43,012 bases of DNA from a virus: positions 1 through 43,012 of the IMG/VR virus record IMGVR_UViG_2802429654_000001; one strand, 5' to 3'. The position numbers and the translations under genes are program-made. The notes beneath the pieces were generated by a model, which ran no database searches, was not told the origin of the DNA, and saw nothing but the letters and a program-made list of their open reading frames with translations. Positions 1-7,831 of this stretch are shown piece by piece (position 1 is the stretch's first letter; each line of letters starts with the position of its first letter).

Positions 1-72
1 GCGACGGATCCGACCGAAGCAGTTCATACAGACGTGGCCGTCGTTCAGCACGTGCTCTTGAAACTCGGTCAT
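1..72 (-). CDS. N-terminal 24 aa of a junction-spanning haloviral hypothetical protein (continues at 43012-42539)
   Basis: Reverse complement reads MTEFQEHVLNDGHVCMNCFGRIRR, in frame with DAMRPVRY... at the window end. CxxCF here and FCECG downstream suggest one Zn-binding protein. Confidence 0.8.
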   Translation of the reverse strand, partial: MTEFQEHVLNDGHVCMNCFGRIRR

Positions 73-271
73 GGCAGAACTCTCCGCGCTGGGCGGAGTC
101 TCCCCCACGGCCCCACTCTCGGGTGGTCATGAACCGTGGTTGGAGTTGTCTGTACTCGTCGTGGCAGGTACTTAGTCGGGGGAGATAGTCGGATTATTTC
201 CCAGTAAATGAATTCACGAATTCACTCGGAGAACCACGTCGGCCATGTCACGGAGACCACAGTCCGACCGT

Positions 272-516
272 CTGCCTAACACCTGTTGTGAGGCAGATCA
301 ACCGTGAGAACGTTCGAGTTGCTCCCGCTCGCTCCCGCTTTCGCAGACACACCCGCAGCTAGCTAACACCTTTACACAACTGCGGTTGGTGTAGTGTGAA
401 ACTGTGGTTTGGGTTCGGGCGGGGGTTTCGTGGTGAGGAACGGCGTCACCGCGGTCTCTGCCACCTTCGGCTCACACCCCTCGCTGTTTTCCTGCCTCAC
501 AACAGGTGTTAGGTAG
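272..516. repeat. 25-bp inverted repeat pair in a non-coding region (272-296 / 492-516)
   Basis: ctgcctaacacctgttgtgaggcag against ctgcctcacaacaggtgttaggtag: 24/25 reverse-complement match. A further CTAACACCT lies at 363-371. Confidence 0.85.
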
Positions 517-529
517 GGTTCATGACAGG

Positions 530-1348
530 TCATCGGCGGGGATCCTCCGTCTCAAGGTAGATGACGAGCTTGTTCGTCGATCCGCCGAACTTCGCGTCCA
601 CCTGGCGTGGAGAGTCATCGCCCCACTGCTCGATCTTCTCGAAGACGCGCTTGATCTGGCTCGACTTCAGCTTCTCGTCGTTCCGCGTCCGGAAGAACTG
701 CTTCGCCGACGGCGTGTCGACCGTGAACCGCGGACCCATCTTGTCCGTCGTCCGGGACCCGACGTCGTTGATGTTCCGGAGCAGCTCGACTGCGCGCCGG
801 TGACTGGAGTAGACCGAGTTCTCGACGGCGTCAGCGCCGTCACGGATGGCACGCCGTATCTTGTCGTCGCCCATCAGGTCGGCGTTGTCGACCTCGACGT
901 CGGCCTCGTCGGCGACCGCGCCGATGCGCCGGCGGACCATCGCGATCTCCTGACCACGCTTGTCACGCTCCTCAGCAATCTCGTCGTGGATGTTGCCTAA
1001 CACCCCGGTGTTAGGCTCGATGAACTGGTCGAGTACGCCGCCGTTGTCCTCGACGAACTCCTCGTATTCGTCAACGCCGAGTACGCCGTCCGAAGCGAGC
1101 AACTCGCGAACAGTGGATAGCTGTCCCGACATGCCCTCCAGCCGTGGCGTGATGTGGTTCTCAAGGTCGCGCTCCAACTCCTCGATGCGGTCGGCCTGCT
1201 CGTCGATGGTCTCCTCCTGGTCGGCGACCGTCGCCTCCAAGTCGTCGATGCGATCGAGCGCGCCCTCAAGCCGCTGCTCCAGCTGGGCGACGCGATCGTG
1301 GTCAGTGCTCGGTCCGTCTGCCGTCGGTTCGTCTGTGTTAGCGGACAT
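530..1348 (-). CDS. Coiled-coil protein with a possible C-terminal winged-helix domain
   Basis: 272 aa acidic ORF. Heptad-rich N-terminus (VAQLEQRLEGALDRIDDLEATV...) and a basic helical C-terminus. Confidence 0.75.
   Translation of the reverse strand: MSANTDEPTADGPSTDHDRVAQLEQRLEGALDRIDDLEATVADQEETIDEQADRIEELERDLENHITPRLEGMSGQLSTVRELLASDGVLGVDEYEEFVEDNGGVLDQFIEPNTGVLGNIHDEIAEERDKRGQEIAMVRRRIGAVADEADVEVDNADLMGDDKIRRAIRDGADAVENSVYSSHRRAVELLRNINDVGSRTTDKMGPRFTVDTPSAKQFFRTRNDEKLKSSQIKRVFEKIEQWGDDSPRQVDAKFGGSTNKLVIYLETEDPRR
995..1016. repeat. Perfect palindrome GCCTAACACC-cc-GGTGTTAGGC
   Basis: 10-bp arms with the same core as the 272-516 repeats. It lies inside the 530-1348 CDS and uses the codons CCT and TTA, which are rare in this GC-rich genome. 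Confidence 0.8.
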
Positions 1349-1351
1349 GGT

Positions 1352-1624
1352 TTAGCAGCTCCTCGGTGTCGATGAGCACCGACCTCGACAGGGGTCGCAC
1401 GCGGACTGGGTAGACGCACCGCTCTCTGTGGCGGTAGGCTTATAGTCCGGCCGTGCGCAGAAGGAAGTACGATCACCCACGCGGCCCGACCCTGGCAGGA
1501 ACCAGGTCGCGTGGGCGCCTTCTGCGGTGTGGATTGCGTCGTCTAGTCTGTACTGTAACGTCTTGCGGGCGGTCCTCTTAAAACCCCGACTGCGGCGAGT
1601 CGCGACGAGTCTGACGGACGTCAT
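1352..1624 (-). CDS. Hypothetical protein (90 aa)
   Basis: ATG overlaps the upstream stop (ATGA). Composition is not typically acidic. Confidence 0.35.
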   Translation of the reverse strand: MTSVRLVATRRSRGFKRTARKTLQYRLDDAIHTAEGAHATWFLPGSGRVGDRTSFCARPDYKPTATESGASTQSACDPCRGRCSSTPRSC

Positions 1625-1770
1625 GCGGCCACCCCAGCGAGGAAGTACCCTGCTGCCAGGCCCCAGGCGAACACGACCATCACGACAATCTCGACGCGGA
1701 CGTGGGCGCCCTCGATATCGCTCCACGGGCGCTCGTGGAGCTCGTCAAGTGTCGACGGCTGGTCAGTCAT
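1621..1770 (-). CDS. Small membrane protein (49 aa)
   Basis: Not in the ORF track. Reads MTDQPSTLDELHERPWSDIEGAHVRVEIVVMVVFAWGLAAGYFLAGVAA, with one hydrophobic segment and overlapping neighbours. Confidence 0.7.
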   Translation of the reverse strand: MTDQPSTLDELHERPWSDIEGAHVRVEIVVMVVFAWGLAAGYFLAGVAA

Positions 1771-1948
1771 CGGTCACCCCGTAGCGAGGCGCGTGCGTCC
1801 CCGGCCCGTTTCGACACCCGACACACTCGCCGTCCTGGAGGTAGCCCCGCTCGACGAGCTCGCCACAGGTGTCGCAGGCGAGCCGGTCCTTCTCCTCGGC
1901 GACGTCGACGAACTCCTCGAGGGAGTCGGGGAGGCCAGCCTCAGACAT
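1763..1948 (-). CDS. Zinc-finger micro-protein (61 aa)
   Basis: MSEAGLPD... with CDTCG and CVGC motifs. This is the C-terminal part of track ORF 1763..2563. Confidence 0.7.
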   Translation of the reverse strand: MSEAGLPDSLEEFVDVAEEKDRLACDTCGELVERGYLQDGECVGCRNGPGTHAPRYGVTDD

Positions 1949-2636
1949 CGTCTTCACCTCCATCGGGTAGGTCGAGTGCCCACACTGTCGCGTTACACTG
2001 GCACGTGTCGTCGTCGCTCGGCCAGACTCCACAGTCCGGACACGAGTCTCGCCCCGTATCGGCGTACATCTCGGTGATCGTCTGTACCGGCACCCAGCCG
2101 CGACTCTCGAAGAGCGGCCGACTCGTCGCCCCCGACTCGCGTTCCCATCCGCAGGCGATCGCGATCTCGGCGTCAGTCCTCCGGGCCCACTGTAGGCGCC
2201 GGTCGAACAGCAACGAGCCGATACCCCGCCCTCGCCACGCGCCGTCGACGACGGCGAGACAAAACCACGCCGTCGGGTCGCCGGCAAGCGCCGTAGCGTC
2301 GAACCGGCCATCCGGGAGCTCTTCAGTCGTCGTCTCCTGATCGAGGAGCAGCACGAGCCCACCGCCGACGCGGACCGGCTCCGCACCAGCTGGTGAGTGT
2401 TCGGCGATGACGCCGAACGAGTCAAGTGACGCGTTCTCGGCGTCGTCGGGAAGTGACCACCCTGCGATCCCAAACAGGTCGTACTGTAAGGCGAGCTGCG
2501 AGTCGTACTCGGCGCCGAACCAGTGGTGCCACTGCCGCTGTAGGTACCACGCGTCAGGCTCACCGTCGGCCTCGCGGATGGTCACGGGCATCGACTCGGG
2601 AGGTGCCCCCGCACCGCCGCTTGTTGAGGCCATCAT
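1941..2636 (-). CDS. GNAT-family N-acetyltransferase with a C-terminal Cys cluster
   Basis: Motif A LAVVDGAWRGRGIGSLL, then LFESRGW, then CPDC...CQC. Confidence 0.8.
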   Translation of the reverse strand: MMASTSGGAGAPPESMPVTIREADGEPDAWYLQRQWHHWFGAEYDSQLALQYDLFGIAGWSLPDDAENASLDSFGVIAEHSPAGAEPVRVGGGLVLLLDQETTTEELPDGRFDATALAGDPTAWFCLAVVDGAWRGRGIGSLLFDRRLQWARRTDAEIAIACGWERESGATSRPLFESRGWVPVQTITEMYADTGRDSCPDCGVWPSDDDTCQCNATVWALDLPDGGEDDV

Positions 2637-2663
2637 CGTTGGGGGTCACCCCCAATGCCGTCC

Positions 2664-3380
2664 TCAGACATCGGCCTCACCCCGCTGGTACTTCTTGTAG
2701 GAGTCGTCGCCGTCGGGCACATCTACCGACTCCGATTCGCCGGCCTTCCGGGCCAGCAAGACACCCTGATTGTGGTGAACGCCCAACTCAAACAGGCGGT
2801 CACTCACCTCAGAGCGGCTGACACGATCGTCTTCCTCAAGGCAGATGTTCGCCCGACGATGCGTCTGGTCCATGTTGTTGTCTTCGTAGACGTACAACAG
2901 CCAGAGCAGCATGTCGACGTCATCCGGCCGCGGCCGGTCGGTCTCTAACTCACTGCGGCAGGCCCACGAGCAAGCTTCTCGGTCCTTGCTCTCCAGCGTC
3001 TCGAAGGTGATCCCACACGGGCAGGTCTTCGTGATCCGCTTTGTCTGTGACTGATACCCACACTTCTGCGAGCAGTACTTCCGCCCTTTCGCCTCAGACG
3101 CCACGGCGCTGAACATCTCGCCACAGTGCTGACACTCCTTTTCAACACGCTTCCGGGCGCTCTTGCTCTGACACTCTCGCGAGCAGAACTTCCCTTCGTC
3201 AGAGTCGTGGCGAGGCCGGAACTCCTCACCGCAGCGCTGACACTCGCGCATCTCGATGAGGCTCTCGCCGTGGACCCGCGAGTGGTGGATCTTCATCGCC
3301 CGCTCGCTCCCGAACGGCTCCGACTCGCAGTCTGGGTGCGGACACTCCACTTCTTCGCCGTCTCCGTCACTCTCGCTCAT
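2664..3380 (-). CDS. Multi-zinc-finger protein
   Basis: N-terminal C2H2 (CPHPDC...HHSRVH) plus three CxxC/CxC...CSxxC repeats. No HNH motif. Confidence 0.75.
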   Translation of the reverse strand: MSESDGDGEEVECPHPDCESEPFGSERAMKIHHSRVHGESLIEMRECQRCGEEFRPRHDSDEGKFCSRECQSKSARKRVEKECQHCGEMFSAVASEAKGRKYCSQKCGYQSQTKRITKTCPCGITFETLESKDREACSWACRSELETDRPRPDDVDMLLWLLYVYEDNNMDQTHRRANICLEEDDRVSRSEVSDRLFELGVHHNQGVLLARKAGESESVDVPDGDDSYKKYQRGEADV

Positions 3381-3517
3381 AGGGCGATCCCCTCCCAGTT
3401 GTCGGCGGTCTCCTCGAGGTCCGCCGCGATGTCGCGAAGGTCCTCCGCGTCGAGGTCGGCCTCGTGCCGGCGGAGCACAGCACGGAACTCCTCCCGGGCC
3501 GAGGTATCACTCGACAT
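3377..3517 (-). CDS. Small acidic hypothetical protein (46 aa)
   Basis: Not in the track. Reads MSSDTSAREEFRAVLRRHEADLDAEDLRDIAADLEETADNWEGIAL and overlaps both neighbours. Confidence 0.65.
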   Translation of the reverse strand: MSSDTSAREEFRAVLRRHEADLDAEDLRDIAADLEETADNWEGIAL

Positions 3518-3782
3518 TGTCACCTCCATCAGCGAGACGGTGGACACGTTCGCGAGCGTCTTCCGACCCCCAGCGCGTCTCGACGAGCCCCTCTGACCGG
3601 AGCCGCTCGACGGCGTGACGGACTGTTGTGGTCTTCAGTATCGTCTTCTCGACGAGCTCCGACGTCGTCATCTCTCCTTCGTCATGCTCCGAGAGTTCTC
3701 GGTACACTGAGGTCGGAGCGGGCGGCAGTGCTTCCAGGTCGTCGCGGTCGATCGGTCCTGACATGGCTGACGTGATACTCAT
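3507..3782 (-). CDS. Winged helix-turn-helix protein (MarR/TrmB-like)
   Basis: MTTSELVEKTILKTTTVRHAVERLRSEGLVETR wHTH pattern. Confidence 0.75.
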   Translation of the reverse strand: MSITSAMSGPIDRDDLEALPPAPTSVYRELSEHDEGEMTTSELVEKTILKTTTVRHAVERLRSEGLVETRWGSEDARERVHRLADGGDNVE

Positions 3783-3905
3783 CTAGCGGCCCTCCTGCGC
3801 CCGTCCTGGCGCGGCATCGCTGTCTCCGTGAAACGGCTTTCCGCAGTGGTCGCACTTCCAGACGCAGTCAGAGACCTCGCCACAGACGCCGCACTCACGC
3901 GCCAT
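3783..3905 (-). CDS. Zinc-finger micro-protein (40 aa)
   Basis: Not in the track. Reads MARECGVCGEVSDCVWKCDHCGKPFHGD..., with two CxxC motifs. Confidence 0.65.
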   Translation of the reverse strand: MARECGVCGEVSDCVWKCDHCGKPFHGDSDAAPGRAQEGR

Positions 3906-3941
3906 CTGGGTTCACCTCCTGAGCGACCTCTCCTCCAGCGA

Positions 3942-4211
3942 TCATCGTCGACCTCCGGGGTCAGTAATCGCAACGCGCTGGCCGTCTGAATCTGGCTCGA
4001 ACTTGTAGACTTCCCCGTGTCGGTTAAGCCGTTCAAGCCGGTCATGAACATCCCGCGCAGTCTGTGGGATGTCCTTGCGCGCGAGGTCGATGACGTCGGC
4101 GACAGGTGCGTTACCATCCTCGTTGGCTACCGTCTCGATCGCGTCGTAGACCGCCTCAGTCAGTGAGACGCGGTCGTCCGCGGGGAGTTCGGAGATGTCG
4201 ACACTCGACAT
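3942..4211 (-). CDS. Stand-alone winged-helix protein resembling the archaeal MCM C-terminal domain
   Basis: GNAPVADVIDLA...RLERLNRHGEVYKFEP resembles, from recall, the GAPV...KLKQKGEVYEP tail of haloarchaeal MCM. Confidence 0.6.
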   Translation of the reverse strand: MSSVDISELPADDRVSLTEAVYDAIETVANEDGNAPVADVIDLARKDIPQTARDVHDRLERLNRHGEVYKFEPDSDGQRVAITDPGGRR

Positions 4212-4213
4212 CG

Positions 4214-4600
4214 TCACCACACCTCCTCGAACTCGTTACCACAATCCCGACATGTCTCGACTGAGTACCCCGACCAAGACCCACAGGCACACTGCCGAAG
4301 TGGGCCATCTCCCAACTCCTGAACTACTGATTCTGGTAGATTGGAGCTGAGATCGGTTCCATGTCGCTCGTCGTAGTACCGGAGCGCATGGTAGAGATCG
4401 CTGCTCGCCTCGTAGCTGCCGACAGACAGACTGATCTCTGCGCTGTCCAACATGTGGCTTCGCGAGGTTTCAGCCTGGTCTGCGTACATCCCATCTGCGT
4501 CGAGGCGCTGAATGAACTCTTCAAGCGCCTGTTTGACCTCGCCAAACTGATCTGTATCGAACGTTACCGTGTCGAACTGCTTGCTCTCTCCGGACGCCAT
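4214..4600 (-). CDS. Hypothetical protein with a C-terminal zinc ribbon
   Basis: Ends in CACG...CRDCG. Acidic and coupled to PCNA. Confidence 0.7.
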   Translation of the reverse strand: MASGESKQFDTVTFDTDQFGEVKQALEEFIQRLDADGMYADQAETSRSHMLDSAEISLSVGSYEASSDLYHALRYYDERHGTDLSSNLPESVVQELGDGPLRQCACGSWSGYSVETCRDCGNEFEEVW

Positions 4601-5370
4601 CAGGCACCACCTCCGTCAGTCGCGATGCGCGGGCTGACGACTGTCTCGACAGCACCGAGACCGTCGGCGAACTCGTACTCCAGGCGGACGGGGAACTCGT
4701 TGCCCCAGTAGAGGTGAACTTCTGCGCCCGATGGGATCGCCTTCGCGACATCCTTCAGGTAGTCCGCCGACAACAGGCTCGACGCGTCCGGGATGCGGTC
4801 AGACGTGACGCGGTCGTCGGCGTCGAACTCACAGCTGTACGTGTCGGTGTCGCCCTCGGCGACGATCCGGAACAGTTGCTCGTCCTCGTCACCAGCGACG
4901 CGAATGTGGTCAGCGTACTTGTCGGCGATCTTCACGGACTTCTTGAGGTCGGCCGCATCGAGGGCCACGTATCCGGGCAACTGCATGTCCGGGATGTCCG
5001 GGTCCTGCCGGATCGACGACGGGTCGATGAGCGCGAGCTCCACCTCGTGCGTGTCGATCTCGACCGAGAGCTTCCGCGTCTGCTCGTCTAACTCGAACCA
5101 GATGAGGTCGCCGTCGGTGGCGATCCCGACGACGTCTCCGAGGGCGCCGGTCTTCGACAGCGGGATGCCCAGCATCCCGTCGGTCGCTTCGAACGACTCG
5201 AAGGCTCCAGCCTCGAGCGTGACGTCGGCCATCGCGACGTTCGCAGGATCCACCGCAACGACGCGGATCTGCTCTTCGGAGAGGTGTAGCCGAAACTCGT
5301 CGACGAGCGCGCCGACCGAATCGACGAGTTGGTCGACGGGGTCGCTGCTGACAATCGCGTCGAAGGACAT
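4600..5370 (-). CDS. pcn: DNA polymerase sliding clamp (PCNA homolog)
   Basis: 256 aa with hallmark motifs AVDPANVAM, LALIDP, SLLSADYL, GNEFPVRL and VSPRI. Confidence 0.93.
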   Translation of the reverse strand: MSFDAIVSSDPVDQLVDSVGALVDEFRLHLSEEQIRVVAVDPANVAMADVTLEAGAFESFEATDGMLGIPLSKTGALGDVVGIATDGDLIWFELDEQTRKLSVEIDTHEVELALIDPSSIRQDPDIPDMQLPGYVALDAADLKKSVKIADKYADHIRVAGDEDEQLFRIVAEGDTDTYSCEFDADDRVTSDRIPDASSLLSADYLKDVAKAIPSGAEVHLYWGNEFPVRLEYEFADGLGAVETVVSPRIATDGGGA

Positions 5371-5675
5371 CAGCTCTCACCCCCATCGTGCTCCAGCTGC
5401 TCCTGCGCCTCCTCGGTGAGGTGCTCCCGGCGGAGCAACACAGTCCCGTAGAACCGCCGGTCAACTTTCTGACCGAGCTCGAACACACCGTTGCCGTCGA
5501 AGATCTCGTTGGCGAACCCGACAGAGCCGTGCTGGGTGTAGCCGTCCTTCTCGCTGACGTCGAGCGTCCCGTTCACCTCGCCGACGACGATCGCCGGCTT
5601 TTCTCCCTCCCACTCGTCGGCGAGCTCTTGCATCCGGTCGGCGTACTCCTGGAGCGTTTCGACCTGCGTCGGCAT
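5370..5675 (-). CDS. Hypothetical protein
   Basis: 101 aa acidic ORF, translationally coupled. Confidence 0.7.
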   Translation of the reverse strand: MPTQVETLQEYADRMQELADEWEGEKPAIVVGEVNGTLDVSEKDGYTQHGSVGFANEIFDGNGVFELGQKVDRRFYGTVLLRREHLTEEAQEQLEHDGGES

Positions 5676-5968
5676 CAGATGACACCTCCGTCATCTTCGG
5701 GCACGACCGGGGCCAGCACGCACGCGACGTCGGTGTCAACTGCCCGGGCGACGAGCGCCTTCTCCGTGTCTCCCGACTCAGTCTTTTCGAGGTTCTGGAT
5801 CGACACTTCGACCCGGCCCTCGACGTCTTGGAGCTCATCCGCCCAGTCTTGGATGGCCCTCGCTGTGTTGAGACTGCTCGGAACGTCCTCGTTGTACTCG
5901 TCGATGATGGCCAGTCCGGCGACGGCCATGATGCCGCTGTTCCCGGTCAGCTGCTTGTCGAGTTGCAT
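5675..5968 (-). CDS. Hypothetical protein (likely start MQLDKQ)
   Basis: Acidic 97 aa ORF within the operon. Confidence 0.7.
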   Translation of the reverse strand: MQLDKQLTGNSGIMAVAGLAIIDEYNEDVPSSLNTARAIQDWADELQDVEGRVEVSIQNLEKTESGDTEKALVARAVDTDVACVLAPVVPEDDGGVI

Positions 5969-6201
5969 CACCGAACCTCCTGGACGTCGACCGGATGCTT
6001 TGCCGACGCCCACTGCTCGCCGCCGGCATCGATCAGAAAGCGGGTGAACGTCTGGAACGCCCGTGGCGGGTCGCCGCCAACGTGTGGCGCCGGCGCCGGG
6101 ACGTGGTCGTCGTCGCTTGTTAGGGTCGGCTTACCGCTTGTAGCCGCCTTTTTACTATACTGGTCCGAACCGTCGTGTTGCGGTGTCCTGGTGTCTTCCA
6201 T
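5968..6201 (-). CDS. Hypothetical protein
   Basis: 77 aa ORF abutting the downstream start. Confidence 0.45.
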   Translation of the reverse strand: MEDTRTPQHDGSDQYSKKAATSGKPTLTSDDDHVPAPAPHVGGDPPRAFQTFTRFLIDAGGEQWASAKHPVDVQEVR

Positions 6202-6278
6202 GTTTGTGGGGCGTCAGGAGATCGCCGCCTGCGTGACCGGGCTCGATTGGAACCCGTAGCCGGTCGCGCAGAGAGCGA

Positions 6279-6437
6279 TTAGTTGGCGCGCGCTGTCTCT
6301 CGGTTCTCGCCCGAGTGGTTGTCTAGATACTCCCGCAAAGCATCCTGAACGATGCCGCTGTAGGAGTCATCAGTGCTCCCGAAGTCGGTGACCTCTTGGT
6401 CGAGTTCGTCGGGGATGTGTACAGTCCTCTTAGCCAT
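6279..6437 (-). CDS. Ribbon-helix-helix (CopG-like) regulator, 52 aa
   Basis: Not in the track. MAKRTVHIPDELDQEV...SYSGIVQDALREYL fits the RHH beta-alpha-alpha pattern. Confidence 0.8.
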   Translation of the reverse strand: MAKRTVHIPDELDQEVTDFGSTDDSYSGIVQDALREYLDNHSGENRETARAN

Positions 6438-6535
6438 CTGTCTCGTAATTGCGATGGTATTACTATAATACTTCCGGCTGTCATACGATACTACTTCGCC
6501 TTGGAGTAGGTATTAAGTTCACACCATAATTTTGT
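6438..6535. promoter_or_regulatory. Divergent promoter/operator region between two RHH genes
   Basis: AT-rich 98 bp. Palindrome GTATTA-cta-TAATAC at 6457-6471 and TATA-like TATTAAG near 6511. Confidence 0.7.
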
Positions 6536-6709
6536 ATGACTATGAAAGAGAAAATCAGCATCTCTGTCGACGAGGATCTCTTGGAAGAGCTCCACGACGA
6601 GCTCACTTACGGAGATAACCGCAGCGAGTGGGTCGAAGATGCGATCCGGATGAAGCTTGAGGCCGAGGCCAGTGAGGGAAATCCGAAGCAGGCGGCGGCG
6701 AGTAGCTGA
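6536..6709 (+). CDS. Ribbon-helix-helix (CopG-like) regulator, 57 aa
   Basis: Not in the track. MTMKEKISISVDEDLLEEL...NRSEWVEDAIRMKL. Confidence 0.82.
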   Translation: MTMKEKISISVDEDLLEELHDELTYGDNRSEWVEDAIRMKLEAEASEGNPKQAAASS

Positions 6710-6843
6710 CATCCCGTCTCGCAGTCGTCGCTGATCCGTGTTTAAACGGGGGTGAATTTCGGAGGGGGTCGGCGCCGAGCTCGTCGAGGCCACACCGCGA
6801 CGTCGACGCGCTACCGACTTCAACCGGGGCCTCACTTCCGGGG

Positions 6844-7116
6844 TCACTTCAGCTCCAGTTGCTCCCACGGGATCATCACCTCGCGTTTCTTATCCAGAAT
6901 CTGGTAGTGCTCGGGGTCAACGTCGAGCCCAGACTCGTTCATCTGCCGACACGTTGGACACCACGCGTGACAGTTCGTGCGATCCCAATCAGTATGCCCG
7001 TATGGACAGGTGTAGCGCCACCGGTCGGGCGTCTGGGAGCGGTCGATCGACACGATCTCGTCGGCGTCGATCGTCGTGGAGGGTGGGTCCGGCGGCGCGT
7101 GACGATGCGTCGACAT
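6844..7116 (-). CDS. Cys/His-rich hypothetical protein
   Basis: RWRYTCPYGH...WCPTC. A TATA-like TTATATA (7142-7148, minus strand) sits about 26-32 nt upstream, consistent with a leaderless transcript. Confidence 0.75.
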   Translation of the reverse strand: MSTHRHAPPDPPSTTIDADEIVSIDRSQTPDRWRYTCPYGHTDWDRTNCHAWCPTCRQMNESGLDVDPEHYQILDKKREVMIPWEQLELK

Positions 7117-7303
7117 GCGATTGCCACCGAGACGCGCGATGTATATAATGCGAGTTCTTGTCCGGAGTGGAACTAAAAGTGGTCGTCAGGGGCGTCTCGC
7201 TCTTATGTAGAAACGCGGAAAGCCCGTATAATTACACTCAGACAGTTCTAATCTGGCAATATGCCTTCTGCTCAGCCAGCGTTCGGCGGGATGTTTCGGC
7301 AGC

Positions 7304-7344
7304 TTAACCAACATCGACAGCCGAAGCTCGGCAGTGTTGGTTAA
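7304..7344. repeat. Bipartite inverted-repeat element, copy 1 (TTAACCAAC-N23-GTTGGTTAA)
   Basis: Arms at 7304-7312 and 7336-7344. Related copies at 14477 and 19484. Confidence 0.85.
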
Positions 7345-7366
7345 CGAAAAGAAAAACTGCGTCGTC

Positions 7367-7606
7367 CTACCGCACGAACCGGTCTTCGTAGTACCGACTC
7401 GCCACTCCGCGCTGCGGGCAATCGCGGTCGTGCGGCAAGTTGTCGATCGTCGTCTGGTGCTCTTCGGGCCCGTCGATAAGCACCTGCGCGCTACACTCGT
7501 CACACTCGAGGAGCTTGGGCTCGCCTTTCGCGTAGCCGTCGACGGTGATCGGCGAGTCCGAGGGAACGATGCGGAAGTGCGTCTGAGGCGAGCTGAACGA
7601 CCGCAT
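7367..7606 (-). CDS. Hypothetical Zn-binding protein
   Basis: CDEC...HDRDC. 79 aa. Confidence 0.65.
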   Translation of the reverse strand: MRSFSSPQTHFRIVPSDSPITVDGYAKGEPKLLECDECSAQVLIDGPEEHQTTIDNLPHDRDCPQRGVASRYYEDRFVR

Positions 7607-7831
7607 CTACGGCCCCTCCAGCGTCTCGACGAGCGAGACCGCAGCCCGCGCCTCGCCGTCGATCCGAAGCTCGGACAGCTGCTCGGTCCCGACGTGGCGC
7701 ATCTCGCCGTCGGTCTCCTCGCTCTCGACGAGGAGCGCCTGCCACGGCGCGTGGGGTGCTCGCTCGAAGTCGAGCTCACGACGAACGCCGTCTTCACCGA
7801 CGTACTCGATCGTTGGGAGGGGTTCAGGCAT
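7607..7831 (-). CDS. Hypothetical protein
   Basis: 74 aa acidic ORF coupled to the recombinase gene. Confidence 0.65.
   Translation of the reverse strand: MPEPLPTIEYVGEDGVRRELDFERAPHAPWQALLVESEETDGEMRHVGTEQLSELRIDGEARAAVSLVETLEGP

Noticed and set aside
197-215. Similarity of GTAAATGA (204-211) to GTAAAATGA (41921-41929) as a shared late-promoter motif
   Set aside because: Too short and AT-rich to distinguish from ordinary TATA/terminator tracts.
274-1016. GCCTAAC...GTTAGGY matches the integron attC core consensus (RYYYAAC/GTTRRRY)
   Set aside because: The spacings (22 bp and about 240 bp) are outside normal attC size. There is no cassette array and no IntI-specific insertion recognised in the recombinases.
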